Origin: Heteronotia binoei
Lineage: Eukaryota
Direction of reading: 5' to 3'
DNA length: 64,000 nucleotides
Assembly (NCBI RefSeq): GCF_032191835.1
Contig: NC_083237.1
Coordinates: 12,276,001 to 12,340,000, forward strand
Shown: positions 48,843 through 59,973 of the stretch, piece after piece
Numbering within the stretch: the stretch's first letter is position 1
How the letters are laid out: every line of letters begins with the position of its first letter
Made by a program: the position numbers and the translations under genes
Notes under the pieces: generated by a model
What the model saw: only the letters and a program-made list of their open reading frames with translations
Database searches by the model: none
Told to the model about the DNA's origin: nothing

Positions 48843-49329
48843 TGAGTCCCGGTGAGAAACACAAGCTACAAATAATGTACATAAAGTACATAAAGTACAT
48901 AAAAAAATACTTTATTTTAGACTGTAAGGTCCTTGGAGACGGCATCTGTCCATTTTTGCCCATACACCCATGCAACGACCCAATGGCATATTAATGATGA
49001 CAGTGGATCAGATGGATTCAGTGTTCCCATTCCGCTAGCAGTGGAGTTTTCCTCTTCTGCAAGAATCTTTTCACTGGTGCTTGCTTCAGATGAGAGATAC
49101 ACCTACTGTAGGCTCCCTCGCTCTTTTGCTTCTGAGGAAAGCTCCACTTTTTTGTGGAAATGTAACTCTTGACCCAGCCCGTTAGTATTAACAAAAGACT
49201 TCCCTCTGATTCCACACAAAATCTAGATTTCCCCCTCCCCAAGCCAAAATTCATAGGAATGAATGAAAGTAAGAAGTCAAGAAATCTGGAATTATTCTAC
49301 CTAAAGAAGGGCCATTGGTTTGCATTGCT

Positions 49330-50040
49330 TGGTTATTATCATAATGCCCCTGTTTAAATTGATGGTGCGTTTTCCTTTGGAATACTGTGTACAATTCTGG
49401 TCACCACACCTCAAAAAGGATATTATAGCATTGGGAAAAGTCCAGAAAAGGGCATCTAGAATGATAAAAGGTTTGGAACACTTTCCCTATAAAGAAAGGT
49501 TAAAACGCTTGGGGCTCTTTAGCTTGGAGAAACATCAACTGAGGGGTGACACGGTAGAGGTTTACAAGATATGCATGGGATGGAGAAAGTGGAGAAAGAA
49601 GTACTTTTCTCCCTTTCTCACAATTCAAGAACTCGTGGGCATTCAATGAAATTGCTGAGCAGTCAGGTTAAAACGGATAAAAGGAAGTACTTCTTCACCC
49701 AAAGAATGATTAACATGTGGAATTCACTGCCACAGGAGGTGGTGGTGGCTACAAGCATAGCCAGCTTTAAGAGGGGATTGGATAAAAATATGGAGCAGAA
49801 GTCCATCAGTGGCTATTAGTCACATATATGTGTGTGTGTGTGTGTGTTTATGTGTGTATATGTATGTAATGTGTCTGTGTATACACACACACATATATTG
49901 GCCACTGTGTGACACAGAGTGTTGGACTGGATGGACCATTGGCCTGATCCAACATGGCTTCTCTTATGTGCTTATGTGACACAGAGTGTTGGACTGGATG
50001 GGCCACTGGCTGGATCCAACATGGCTTCTCTTATGTTCTT
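49330..50040 (+). mobile_element. CR1 LINE 3' fragment
   Basis: LEYCVQFWSPHLKKDI motif, one frameshift, duplicated terminus. Confidence 0.9.
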
Positions 50041-50784
50041 ATCTTCTTATTATTTATTTATTTGATTTCAAGCCTGCCCCCGCCTACACAGCAGGGCTCA
50101 GGGTGGGTAACATCACTGGATTAGCGGACTACAATGGATTATTAGATTTATTAATTAGCATTAGATTTATTACAGGTGTATTTGGTCCAGATTAGTGCCT
50201 GACCTGCACTTAATGGAGGTTGGGGGACCTCAATGCACCCATCAGAAAGAATAAAAAAAAGTGGATAGATGACGACATTGGAGGTCCCTTATGACTCTTT
50301 GATTCCAACTCTATGATTCTGTGACACCGTTAAGGACTGTGTTTGTTAGCCCTGAACAGTTCCACAGCTTGTGTTTGTACACAACCTAGAGAGAGGGAAA
50401 GTGGGTCACATAGTTTTGTCATATGTCTGCTGGGGGTAGGAGATCTCCCACCTTCAGTGCTTGTTGCCCACCAGCCCTCCCACGGCTGGCAGGAGAAAAA
50501 AAAACACACCATTGGCGATGGTTTGACATCACTTCCAGGAAAAACCTGGAAGTCCCATTAGTTCTTTCTAGGAATTACCAGAAACTCTGTGGTTTTACCA
50601 TAGAGCTTGTCTGGAAGTTTGTTGAGGGCAACAGAACAGGCAGAGCAGCCCCATTATAAAATCCCATTGGCTTTGTGTCTGTAGCCCAACAGAGCATCTG
50701 AATATTGGGGAAGGGGAATAAAGAAATGGGCATATGACACAGGTCAGCTGCCACTGATAATATACCAGCAACCAATAAACTGAA

Positions 50785-51042
50785 GGGAGGATAGACCACA
50801 TTTGCGGAGGGAGGATATGCCACATTTGTGGAGGGAGGATAGACCACATTTGTGGAGGGAGGATATGCCACATTTGTGGAGGGAGGATAGACCACATTTG
50901 CGGAGGGAGGATATGCCACATTTGTGGAGGGAGGATATGCCACATTTGCGGAGGGAGGATATGCCACATTTGTGGAGGGAGCGTATGCCACATTTGTGGA
51001 GGGAAGATAGACCACATTTGTAGAGGGAGGATATGCCACATT
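50785..51042. repeat. 24-bp minisatellite, about 10.5 copies
   Basis: Unit GAGGGAGGATA(TG/GA)CCACATTTG(C/T)G. Confidence 0.95.
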
Positions 51043-51581
51043 TTCCAAGTTGAGTTAGTTGAGATACGAGCTATACATTACCTGATGTTGCGTGGTTCTT
51101 TTTGAAGCAGCTGTTATTTTAACCCCAAAATAGTTTTGGGGCAGGATGCAAATCAATGTAGTGGAAAGGAGAAATGGCTTAGATTTCTGCGGTCATTTCC
51201 GGCTTAAAATAACCTTCCAAGTTGCTTTATCACTTGGAATGGTTAAACATATCCAGGATCCATATGCAGATTCCCTTGCAAGTGAAAAGGCAGTTCAGGG
51301 AGGGGCAGAATGAGGATTTGAACCCAGAGATTCAGATCTTAACCTGAGACTTGCTATTCCACACAGACTCTCAGGCATAAAGTTGAAGCCCTGGCATTGG
51401 CATTTCTACCTTTCATCAGAGCACTGCCCCAGTCTTATGCAGTGGGATAATCAAAGGGATGGCGATAGTTTAGCGCTACTGCACAGTATCACTACCACGC
51501 ATGCACAGTTTTAAAAAGCAGAGGGCAGGCGACCTGACAGCAGCAGCGACAACATCGCTAATGTCGGCTGCCTTCTAAAAT

Positions 51582-52107
51582 CAGGGCTTTTTTGTAGCAG
51601 GAACTCCTTTGCATATTAGGCCACACCCCCGTGATGTAGCCAATCCTCCAAGAGCTTGGAATTCTAGCTGGGCTCCTTTGCATATTAGGTCACACCACCT
51701 CGATGTAGCCAATCCTCCAAGAGCTTGGAATTCTAGCAGGGGCTCCTTTGCATATTAGGCCACACCCCCGTGATGTAGCCAATCCTCCAAGAGCTTGGAA
51801 TTCTAGCTGGGCTCCTTTGCATATTAGGTCACACCCCCTGATGTAACCAATCTTCCAAGAGCTTGGAATTCTAGCTGGGCTCCTTTGCATATTAGGTCAC
51901 ACCCCCTGATGTAGCCAATCTTCCAAGAGCTTGGAATTCTAGCTGGGCTCCTTTGCATATTAGGTCACACCCCCTCGATGTAGCCAATCTTCCAAGAGCT
52001 TACAGGGCTCTTCGTGCAGGGCCTACTGTAAGCTCCAAAAGGATTGGCTGCATCAGGGAGGTGTGGTCTAATATGCAAAGGAGTTCCTGCTACAAAGAAA
52101 AGCCCTG
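51582..52107. mobile_element. CAGGGC-family MITE with its internal unit of about 69 bp amplified in tandem (5-6 copies)
   Basis: Recurrent gaattctagctgggctcctttgcatattagg..cacacc between TIRs. Confidence 0.85.
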
Positions 52108-53005
52108 ATTTTAATACTGAATATTTGATCCTGCGCAGAAAAGAAAACATCAAATTTAAATCAGGAACCCCTTTAAGACACTACCGCAAAAAGGAAGAGA
52201 TGCAGAACATGCAACTCAAAGCTACTTCCAACGACTGGAGATCAACCACCCAGAAAATTGGGAGTAAGGTCAGCATGCAGAACAGACCATGGTTTTCCTC
52301 CTTAATCAGCTTTTCCCCACAGTTGATCAAAGTGACGTGGGGAATTCACTGCCACAAGAAGTGGCAGAGGCTACAAGCATAGACAGCTTCAAGAAGGGAT
52401 TAGATGAACATACGGAGCAGAGGTCCATCAGTAGCTATTAGCCACAAGGTATAGATGGAATACTATGTCTGAGGCAGTGACGCTCAGTCTGTCTTCTTAG
52501 TTCTTGGGAAGCAACAGTGGGAGGCTTCTGAAGTTCTAGCCCCACTGGTGGACCTCCTGAGGTTTGGCCACTGAGTGACAGAGTGTTGTGCTGGATGGTC
52601 CATTGGCCTAATCCAACATGGCTTGTCTTATGTTCTCATGTCTGGGGCAGGGATGCTCTGTATTCTTGGTGCTTGGGGGCCACAGTGGGAGGATTTCTGG
52701 AGTTCTGGTCCTACTGGTGGCACCTGAGCTTTGGCCACTGTGTGACACAAAGTGTTGGGCTAGATCTTCTATTGGCCTGATCCAACATGGCTTCTCTTAT
52801 GTTTTTATGAAGTCAGTTCAGCTCAGCAGAATAGTTAGGAGAGAGGGCATGAGGGACAGTAAGAACCAGGTGAATAGAGAGTCCAACTGAAAGCATCCAT
52901 GCTCAGCTTCGGTTGTTCATATTGGATGATTGGGATCTGAGATCTCTGAAGCCTTCATGGCAACTTTCTGCTCCTTCATTCTTTCCAACTGCAGCTGTGG
53001 TCAAC

Positions 53006-53947
53006 ATGGTCCTTGCAAATGACACCACCGTGAAAGCATTCATCCTCTCGGGCCTGACCACAAACCACAACGTTGAACTGGCACTCTTTGGTCTCTTCAT
53101 AGCCATCTACACCTCCATCCTCATTGGCAACATCCTCATTGTGGTCACGATCATCTATGATCAACACCTCCACACCCCAATGTACTTCTTCCTCAGCAAC
53201 CTCTCCTTCATTGACGTTTGCCATTCCTCGGTGGTCATGCCCAAGATGCTCGCCGACTTCCTGACAGAGACCAAGACCATCTCTTTCGGAGAATGCATAG
53301 CCCAGATGTTTTTCCTCCACCTCTTTGCCTGCACGGAGATCTTCCTCCTCACCATCATGGCTTACGACCGCTATGCCGCCATCTGCAATCCCCTCCATTA
53401 CACCACCATCATGAGCCGCCAGGTCTGCCTCCAGTTGGCCATAGCCATGTGGTTGGGCGGGCTGATCCATTCCATTGCCCTGACTGCTCTGACGCTCAAC
53501 TTGCCTTACTGTGGACCCAACTCCATTGACAACTTCTTCTGTGATGTGCCCTTGGTCATCAAACTGGCCTGCGCTGACACCTACGTCTTCGAAATCCTCA
53601 TAGTCTCCAACTCGGGGCTGATCTCGGTTGTCTGCTTTGTAGTTCTGGTGGTCTCCTACGTGGTCATCCTCATCTCCTTGAGGAACCGCTTCTCTGAGGG
53701 ACGGCGGAAGGCTCTGTCAACTTGTGCTGCTCACCTGACTGTCGTGACTTTCTTCTTGGGCCACTGCATCTTCATCTACCTCAGACCAGCCAAGAGCCTG
53801 GCTGCGGACAAGGTGGTTTCTGTTTTCTTCACGGCCGTCACTCCCCTTCTCAACCCAATCATCTACACCCTCCGCAATGAGGACATGCTGAATGCTCTGA
53901 ACAAATTACAAGGGCGACAGGTTGCTTCAGAAGGGAAAGGGTATTAA
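53006..53947 (+). CDS. OR4E1: Olfactory receptor, second OR4E1-like paralogue, 313 aa, intact
   Basis: Start set at MVLANDTT, after the acceptor ctttccaactgcag. Carries IIYDQHLHTPMYFFLSNLSFIDVCHS and FFTAVTPLLNPIIYTLRNEDM. Confidence 0.92.
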   Translation: MVLANDTTVKAFILSGLTTNHNVELALFGLFIAIYTSILIGNILIVVTIIYDQHLHTPMYFFLSNLSFIDVCHSSVVMPKMLADFLTETKTISFGECIAQMFFLHLFACTEIFLLTIMAYDRYAAICNPLHYTTIMSRQVCLQLAIAMWLGGLIHSIALTALTLNLPYCGPNSIDNFFCDVPLVIKLACADTYVFEILIVSNSGLISVVCFVVLVVSYVVILISLRNRFSEGRRKALSTCAAHLTVVTFFLGHCIFIYLRPAKSLAADKVVSVFFTAVTPLLNPIIYTLRNEDMLNALNKLQGRQVASEGKGY

Positions 53948-56900
53948 TGGGGAGGGGCTGTGGTTCAGGGGTAGAGCAGTTGCTAGGCATGCAGAAGGTC
54001 TCATGTTCAATCCCCAACATCTTCAGTTAAAACGGATCTGAGGTAGTAGGAGATGTGGAATAGAGGATGGTGTGGAATTGTTTTCTCTGGCCCCAGAAGG
54101 TTGGCCCCAGAACCAGTGGGTTGAAATTAAATCAAAAGAGCTTCTGGTTCAATATTAGGAAGAACTTCCTGAGTGTTAGAGCGGTTCCTCAGTGGAACAG
54201 GCTTCTTCAGGAGGTGGTGGGCTCTCTTTCCTTGGAGGTTTTTCAACAGAAGCTAAATGGCCATCTGACAACGATGAAGATCCTGTGAATTTAGGGGGAG
54301 ATATTTGTGAGTTTTCTGCATTGTGCAGGGGGTTGGACTAGGTTACTAGGGTTGCCAAGTCCAACTCCCAAAATATCTGGGGACTTTGGGGGTGGAGCCA
54401 GGAGACTTTGGGGGTGGAGCCAGGAGACACTAGGGTGGAGCTAAGGGGAAGGGGGGGAAACGGCACTGGGGAACGTGGAGAGCCGCCCCGTCTCGGAGCG
54501 GGCGATGCCGCTGCGCAGCTGCCGCCTCTTCTCTGCTCGCCGTGGCTGCTCCTCCGAGTTGGGCTCAGGCTGGGCCCATCTCGGAGGAGCAGCTGCGGTG
54601 GAATTGAAGGGGAGGGTGGAGGCGGGCCGGGGTCGTGGCGAGCCACGAGTCCGGGTCCTAGAAGGGCCCGGATTCACGGCTCGCCATGCTCCTGGCCTGC
54701 CTCCACCCTCCCCTTCTCTGGTTTTGCCTCGGAGGCGGGGCGGGCGATGCCACTGTGCAGCTGCCGCCTCTTCTCCACTCGCCGTGGCTGCTCCTTCGAG
54801 ATGGGCTCAGCCTGGGCCCATCTCGGAGGCGCAGCTGCGGTGGGCGGGGAGGGGGTGGCAGCGGCGCGGCAGCTCCTTGGCGCCGTTTCCCCCCGCTTCT
54901 GTTTTTGGGGGGAGCGGGGGAAGAGGCTGGAAATCCTGGGGTCCCCCGCCAGGGTGGGAGGGTTGGGAAGCCTATAGGTGACCCTGAAGGTCTACGATTC
55001 TATGAGATGTGAAAGACCTCTGCCTGAGAGCCTGGAGAGCTGTCACTCATCTAAATAGACAACACTTACTTCGAAAGGAAAAGGGTCTGATTCAGTGTAA
55101 GATGCTATACGTGAATAAAAAAATGCATTTACAAAAATGTGGGGCTGTTATGTTTTCCAAAGCAGCCTCCCTTCCACATTTAATGGGTCACCCAACCCCC
55201 TGTCCTCAACAAGTTCTTAGAATCATAGAGTTGGATCTCTAGGGCCATCAAGTCCAACCCTCTGCACGATGCAAGAAATTCACAAATACCAACACCCCCA
55301 CATCCCCATTGACTTCTGCTCCATGCCCAGAAGATACCAGGAAATCTCCAGGACTCCTGGTCAAACTGGCCTGGAGAAAAAATTGCTTCCTGATCCTAAA
55401 GTGGTGAACAGCATTTCCCTGGGCAGGTAAGGAAGGGCCACGAGAACTGACGCAACCCTTCCTGCCTTCCCTTTCATGAATTGCCTGTGTTCTAGGCTTC
55501 CCAATCCCCAGGTCCCAGAGGGGGATCCCCCGGTTTTACAGGCTTTCCCCCTCCCCCAGCCAGCTGGCCGGCGGGGGAAGCCCCGCCCCCACAGCTATCA
55601 TGCCAGTTTGGTGTAGTGGTTAAGTGTGCGGACTCTTATCTGGGAGAACCGGTTTTGATTCCCCACTCCTCCACTTGCAGCTGCTGGAATGGCCTCAGGT
55701 CAGCCATAGCTCTGGCAAAAGTGATCCTTAAAAGGGCAGCTGCTGTGAGAGCCCTCTCCAGCCCCACCCACCTCACAGGGTGTCTGCTGTGGGGGAGGAA
55801 GGTAAAGGAGATTGTGAGCCGCTCTGAGACTCTTCGGAGTGGAGGGCGGGATATAAATCCAATATCTTATCTTATCTTATCTTATCTTATGCACCTCCAT
55901 GAACGATTCCCATAGGGAATGATGGGGAATTGATCCGCGGGTATCGGGGGCTCTGGTGGGCGGCTGTTTTTTGAGATAGAGGCACCAAATTTTCAGTATA
56001 GCATCTAGTGCCTCTCCACAAAATACCCCACAAATTTCAAAAAGATTAGACCAAGGGGTCCAATTCTATGAGCCCCAAAAGAAGGTGCCCCTAGCCTTCA
56101 TTATTCCCTATGGAGGGAAGGCATTTAAAAAGGTGTGCGGTCCCTTTTAAACGTGATGGCCAGAACTCCCTTTGGAGTTCAATGATGCTTGTCACACCCT
56201 TGTTCCTGGCTCCACCCCCAAAGTCTCCTGGCTCCACCCCCAAAGTCCCCAGATATTTCTTGAATTGGACTTGGCAACCCTACTGTATTCACAGAATCAT
56301 CTTGGCTGTCAGAAGGCCATCTAGCCAGCCTCTGTTTGAAAACCTCCAAAGAAGGTTTCTTCTAGCCTTCACATTGGCAGCCTAATCAGTCATTTCAGGG
56401 TGCAGCTCTGAGAAGCTAAAAAAGTCCAGGCCACACCCACTGCGTGAGATAGCATTACAGTGCAGCGGCATGAAGAGCTACAGTTGCCTTCAACAGGGCT
56501 TTTTATGTAGAAAAGGCCCAGCAGGAACTCACTTGCCTATTAGGTCACATCCCCTGATATGAGTGTAACCAGGGCTCTATTTGTAGCAGGGACTTATTTA
56601 CATATTAGGCCACACACCCCTGATGTAGCCAATTCCATAATCACCACCTATCATTAATATCTGGAGGGGGGGGATTAGACCATTTCTCCCCTTTGCATTG
56701 TTTATTGGATCAATTATACTGTTTTTATTTCATTATTCTCTAATTTTGTACTTCAGTTTTACTGCATGTGTTGTATATATTATTTCTTGATTGCATCATT
56801 TTCCAATTCTGTAAACCTACCTTGAATCTAAGTGAAAAAGATGGACTATAAGTAAATATTTTAATATTGTGGGAGCTGAACACACATGACTTCTCTAGAC

Positions 56901-56958
56901 TCCATTTCCTAAATCTCCTCCACCCCAAAGTTGACCCGAACACTGGAAGTTGAAAAAC

Positions 56959-57398
56959 CAGGGCTTTTTTTGAGCAGGAATACACAGGAATGCAGCTCTG
57001 TCTGGCTTGGTGTCAGGGCTGTGGCCTAATATGCAAATGAGTTCCTGCTGGGCTTTTTATACAAAAAGCCCTGTGTGGAACAATGTTTACATCAAGGGGT
57101 GTGGCCTAATGTGCAAATGAGTTCCTGCTGGGCTTTTTCTCCAAAATGTTCTGTGTGAAACAATGGTGACATCAGGGGTGTGGACTGATATGCAAATGAG
57201 TTCCTGCTGGGCTTTTTCTCCAAAATGTCCTGTGTGAAACAATGGTGATATCAAGGGGTGTGGACTAATATGCAAATGAGTTCCTGCTGGGCTCTTTCTC
57301 CAAAATGCCCTGTGTGAAACAATGGTGACATAAGGGGGTGTGGACTAATATGCAAATGAGTTCTCACTGGGCTTTTTCTACCAAATAAAAAAGCCCTG
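56959..57398. mobile_element. CAGGGC-family MITE with five tandem units of about 79 bp, each with an octamer
   Basis: ATGCAAAT in four units and GTGCAAAT in one. Confidence 0.85.
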
Positions 57399-58882
57399 GA
57401 GTTTGGTCATTTCTCCATTCTCTTTTACCGGACCTTGCCATCTGCGTTGCTGAGCAATTTGACCTCATCAGCGTGGACGGTCATCTGATCCAAAGAGAAT
57501 TCTACTCTCTTTCTGCACAGAGGAGTTCCACAATGAAAGGTTTGAAGTTCCACTGTACTATGAATCAATTCCCTCTGGATCCTATTAAAAGTTCTATTGA
57601 ACAGTAAGTGGGATGATGAAAGTTTGCCAGGAAGTTTCTAAGGTTTTAATTAAACAAAAAACACAAGGTTACGTCCAGGGGCCTGAGAGCAGAGAAAACT
57701 CTGTTCACTCGGAGCTTCAGAAAGCATCAAGAAGAAAAAATCATGGGTGAGGTTGCAGAAGGGGAGGGAAAAAAATCAGTCTGGTTCTTCCCTTTAATTA
57801 AATAAATAAATAATAATTTAAAAATAAAATTAAAATTCCCCTTTAACTAAGAGCCCCATGGCGCAGAGTGGTAAAGCTGCAGTACTGCAGTCAGAGCCCT
57901 CTGCTCATGACCTGAGTTCGATCCCGACAGAAGCAGGGTTCAGGTAGCTGGCTCAAGGTTGACTCAGCCTTCCATCCTTCCGAGGTTGATAAAATGAGTC
58001 CCCAGCTTGCTGGGGGGAAAGCGTAGATGACTGGGGAAGGCAATGGCAAACCACCCCGCAAAAAGTCTGCTGTGAAAACGTTGTGAAAGCAACGTCACCC
58101 CAGATTCAAAAACAACTGATGCTTGCACAGGGGACTACCTTTACCTTTTTTACCTTTAATTAAATAAATGCCCTAAGTGACTAAATCATAGAATCAAAGA
58201 GTTGGGAGGGGTCCTAAAGGCCATCTAGTCCAACCCCCTGCTCAATGCAGGATCAGCCAAGATCATCCCTGACAAAGGTTCGTCCAGCCACTGCCTCAAG
58301 ATGGCCAGGGAGCGGAAGCTCATCACCACCTCCCTAAATAAATGAAATCGTCATATTCCTTCTCAATCTTAAAGGGTCAAACTGATGGGATACTAGGAGG
58401 CCCAAAATCAGATCTTTGTGTAAAGGAGATTGTAAGCCACTCTGAGACTCTGATTCAGAGAGAAGGATGGGCTATAAATCTGCAGTCTTTCTTCTTCTTC
58501 TTTCTAAAGGCACATTGCTGGATTTGGATTTGGATTGGGGCAATTAAAGTTGCCACTCTCCAGGAAATCTCTCGCTCTTACAACTGATCTCCAGGCAACC
58601 AAGCAACCAATTCTCCTGGGGAAAACGGCTGCTTTGGAAGGCGGAGTCTATGGCATTCTATCCTGCTGAGGTCCATCCCATCCCCAAACTCCGCCCTTTC
58701 CAGGCTCCACCCCCCAAATCTCCAGATATTCCCCAACCCTCAGCTGGCCACTCTAGACTGCATGAAGGAGATTAACCCTTCCACCCCCATGTGGTGTCAC
58801 TGATCAAAATGAACCTCCCCCTGACACACACACATCCATACACAGGGCTCTGTTTTGAAAGCTCTTGGAGGACTGGCTATAT

Positions 58883-59070
58883 CAGAGGTAGCCAACAGTA
58901 GCTCTCCAGATGTTTTTTGCCTACAACTCCCATCAGCCCCAGCCATTGGCCATGCATCTGAACAGCCTACTCAAGATTGCTACAGCACAGACGTTGTCCC
59001 CAGTTTCTGATGCAATAATGCAAGAGTTGTAGGCAAAAAACATCTGGAGCGCTATCGTTGGCCACCCCTG
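58883..59070. mobile_element. hAT MITE
   Basis: TIRs of about 45 bp; 8-bp TSD ggctatat. Confidence 0.9.
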
Positions 59071-59075
59071 GGCTA

Positions 59076-59375
59076 TATAATATAGTGGGTTCTATGCATG
59101 GAGAAGTCGCAGTTGAGTGATCACAAGCTCTTTAATAGACATGATATAGGGTAAGGCTACATTACAAGACTGGGAATGGGCGCCTACCGGCCCAATTTAT
59201 ATACATCTCTGGATTCCCAAGGTAGCCCATCATTGGGTCATTCAAACCGGTGGGGGCTTGTGATTGGTCCAGGGCTGCAGAGATTTGGATCCTGTAGCCC
59301 TTTGTTCACAAGTCCCCAAGCTCAGCCCGTATGGCTCCAATGAACCCGTGTTCTCTTGAGTCTACATACATAACA
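59076..59375 (-). mobile_element. Solo LTR (Gypsy-type)
   Basis: 5-bp TSD GGCTA; TGTTATG start on the minus strand; architecture parallels the LTR at 59681-59957. Confidence 0.82.
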
Positions 59376-59680
59376 GGCTACATCAGGGGTCTGTGGCCTG
59401 ATATGCAAAGGAGCTCCTGCTAGAATTCCACCCCTGCATATGGGCATTAGCCCTTTAAAGGGGGGGGGGGGGAACCTGGGTTCTCATGCTTTAAAGAGCT
59501 CATAGCAATGCAAGAGGATGCTGGTTTTGAGTAGCAAATCGATGCAGAAACAGTTGGGTTACAGTCCTCCCTCCTCAACACAGATCTGATCTGAATAAGG
59601 GTCCTTCGGGTTGCCCCCTCCACTTTGGGGGATTCATAGAGATTTGGGTGGTCGAACTGGAGTAAGACAGGGTTTGAGGA

Positions 59681-59957
59681 TGTAATGTACTGAGTGACGA
59701 GACGTGTTGAAGGCAACATACTTTATTGGCGAGTACATCACAAGAGGGAGAATCGCAGGCCGGGTCCCAATTATATACCTGCCCCGGAACAACCCTCCAT
59801 CTGGCCAGGTCCAATCCTGGCCAGTTAAACTTCCCGCCACAGATCTTGATTGGCGGAGCGTATTAGCGAGCTACATCCAGGGACCAGTGGGTTTCCACTG
59901 GTGGCCTCTATAGCGTGCGCTGTGCTGTACATAGAGACTTGAATGTAGGACATAACA
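59681..59957 (-). mobile_element. 3' LTR of the Gypsy element (277 bp)
   Basis: On the minus strand: polypurine tract cggggggaggag, then TGTTATG...CATTACA, with TATA (tatataa) and AATAAA inside. Confidence 0.88.
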
Positions 59958-59973
59958 CTCCTCCCCCCGTAGT

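Noticed and set aside
48933-49172. Second V-like segment (DERYTYC followed by ctttttgt)
   Set aside because: No first cysteine or WYxQ, no CAC heptamer and no correct spacer.
50785-51042. Regular repeat array as a CRISPR, or the 157-aa and 148-aa repeat ORFs as proteins
   Set aside because: Vertebrate DNA with head-to-tail units and no unique spacers; the ORFs are by-products of a 24-bp unit.
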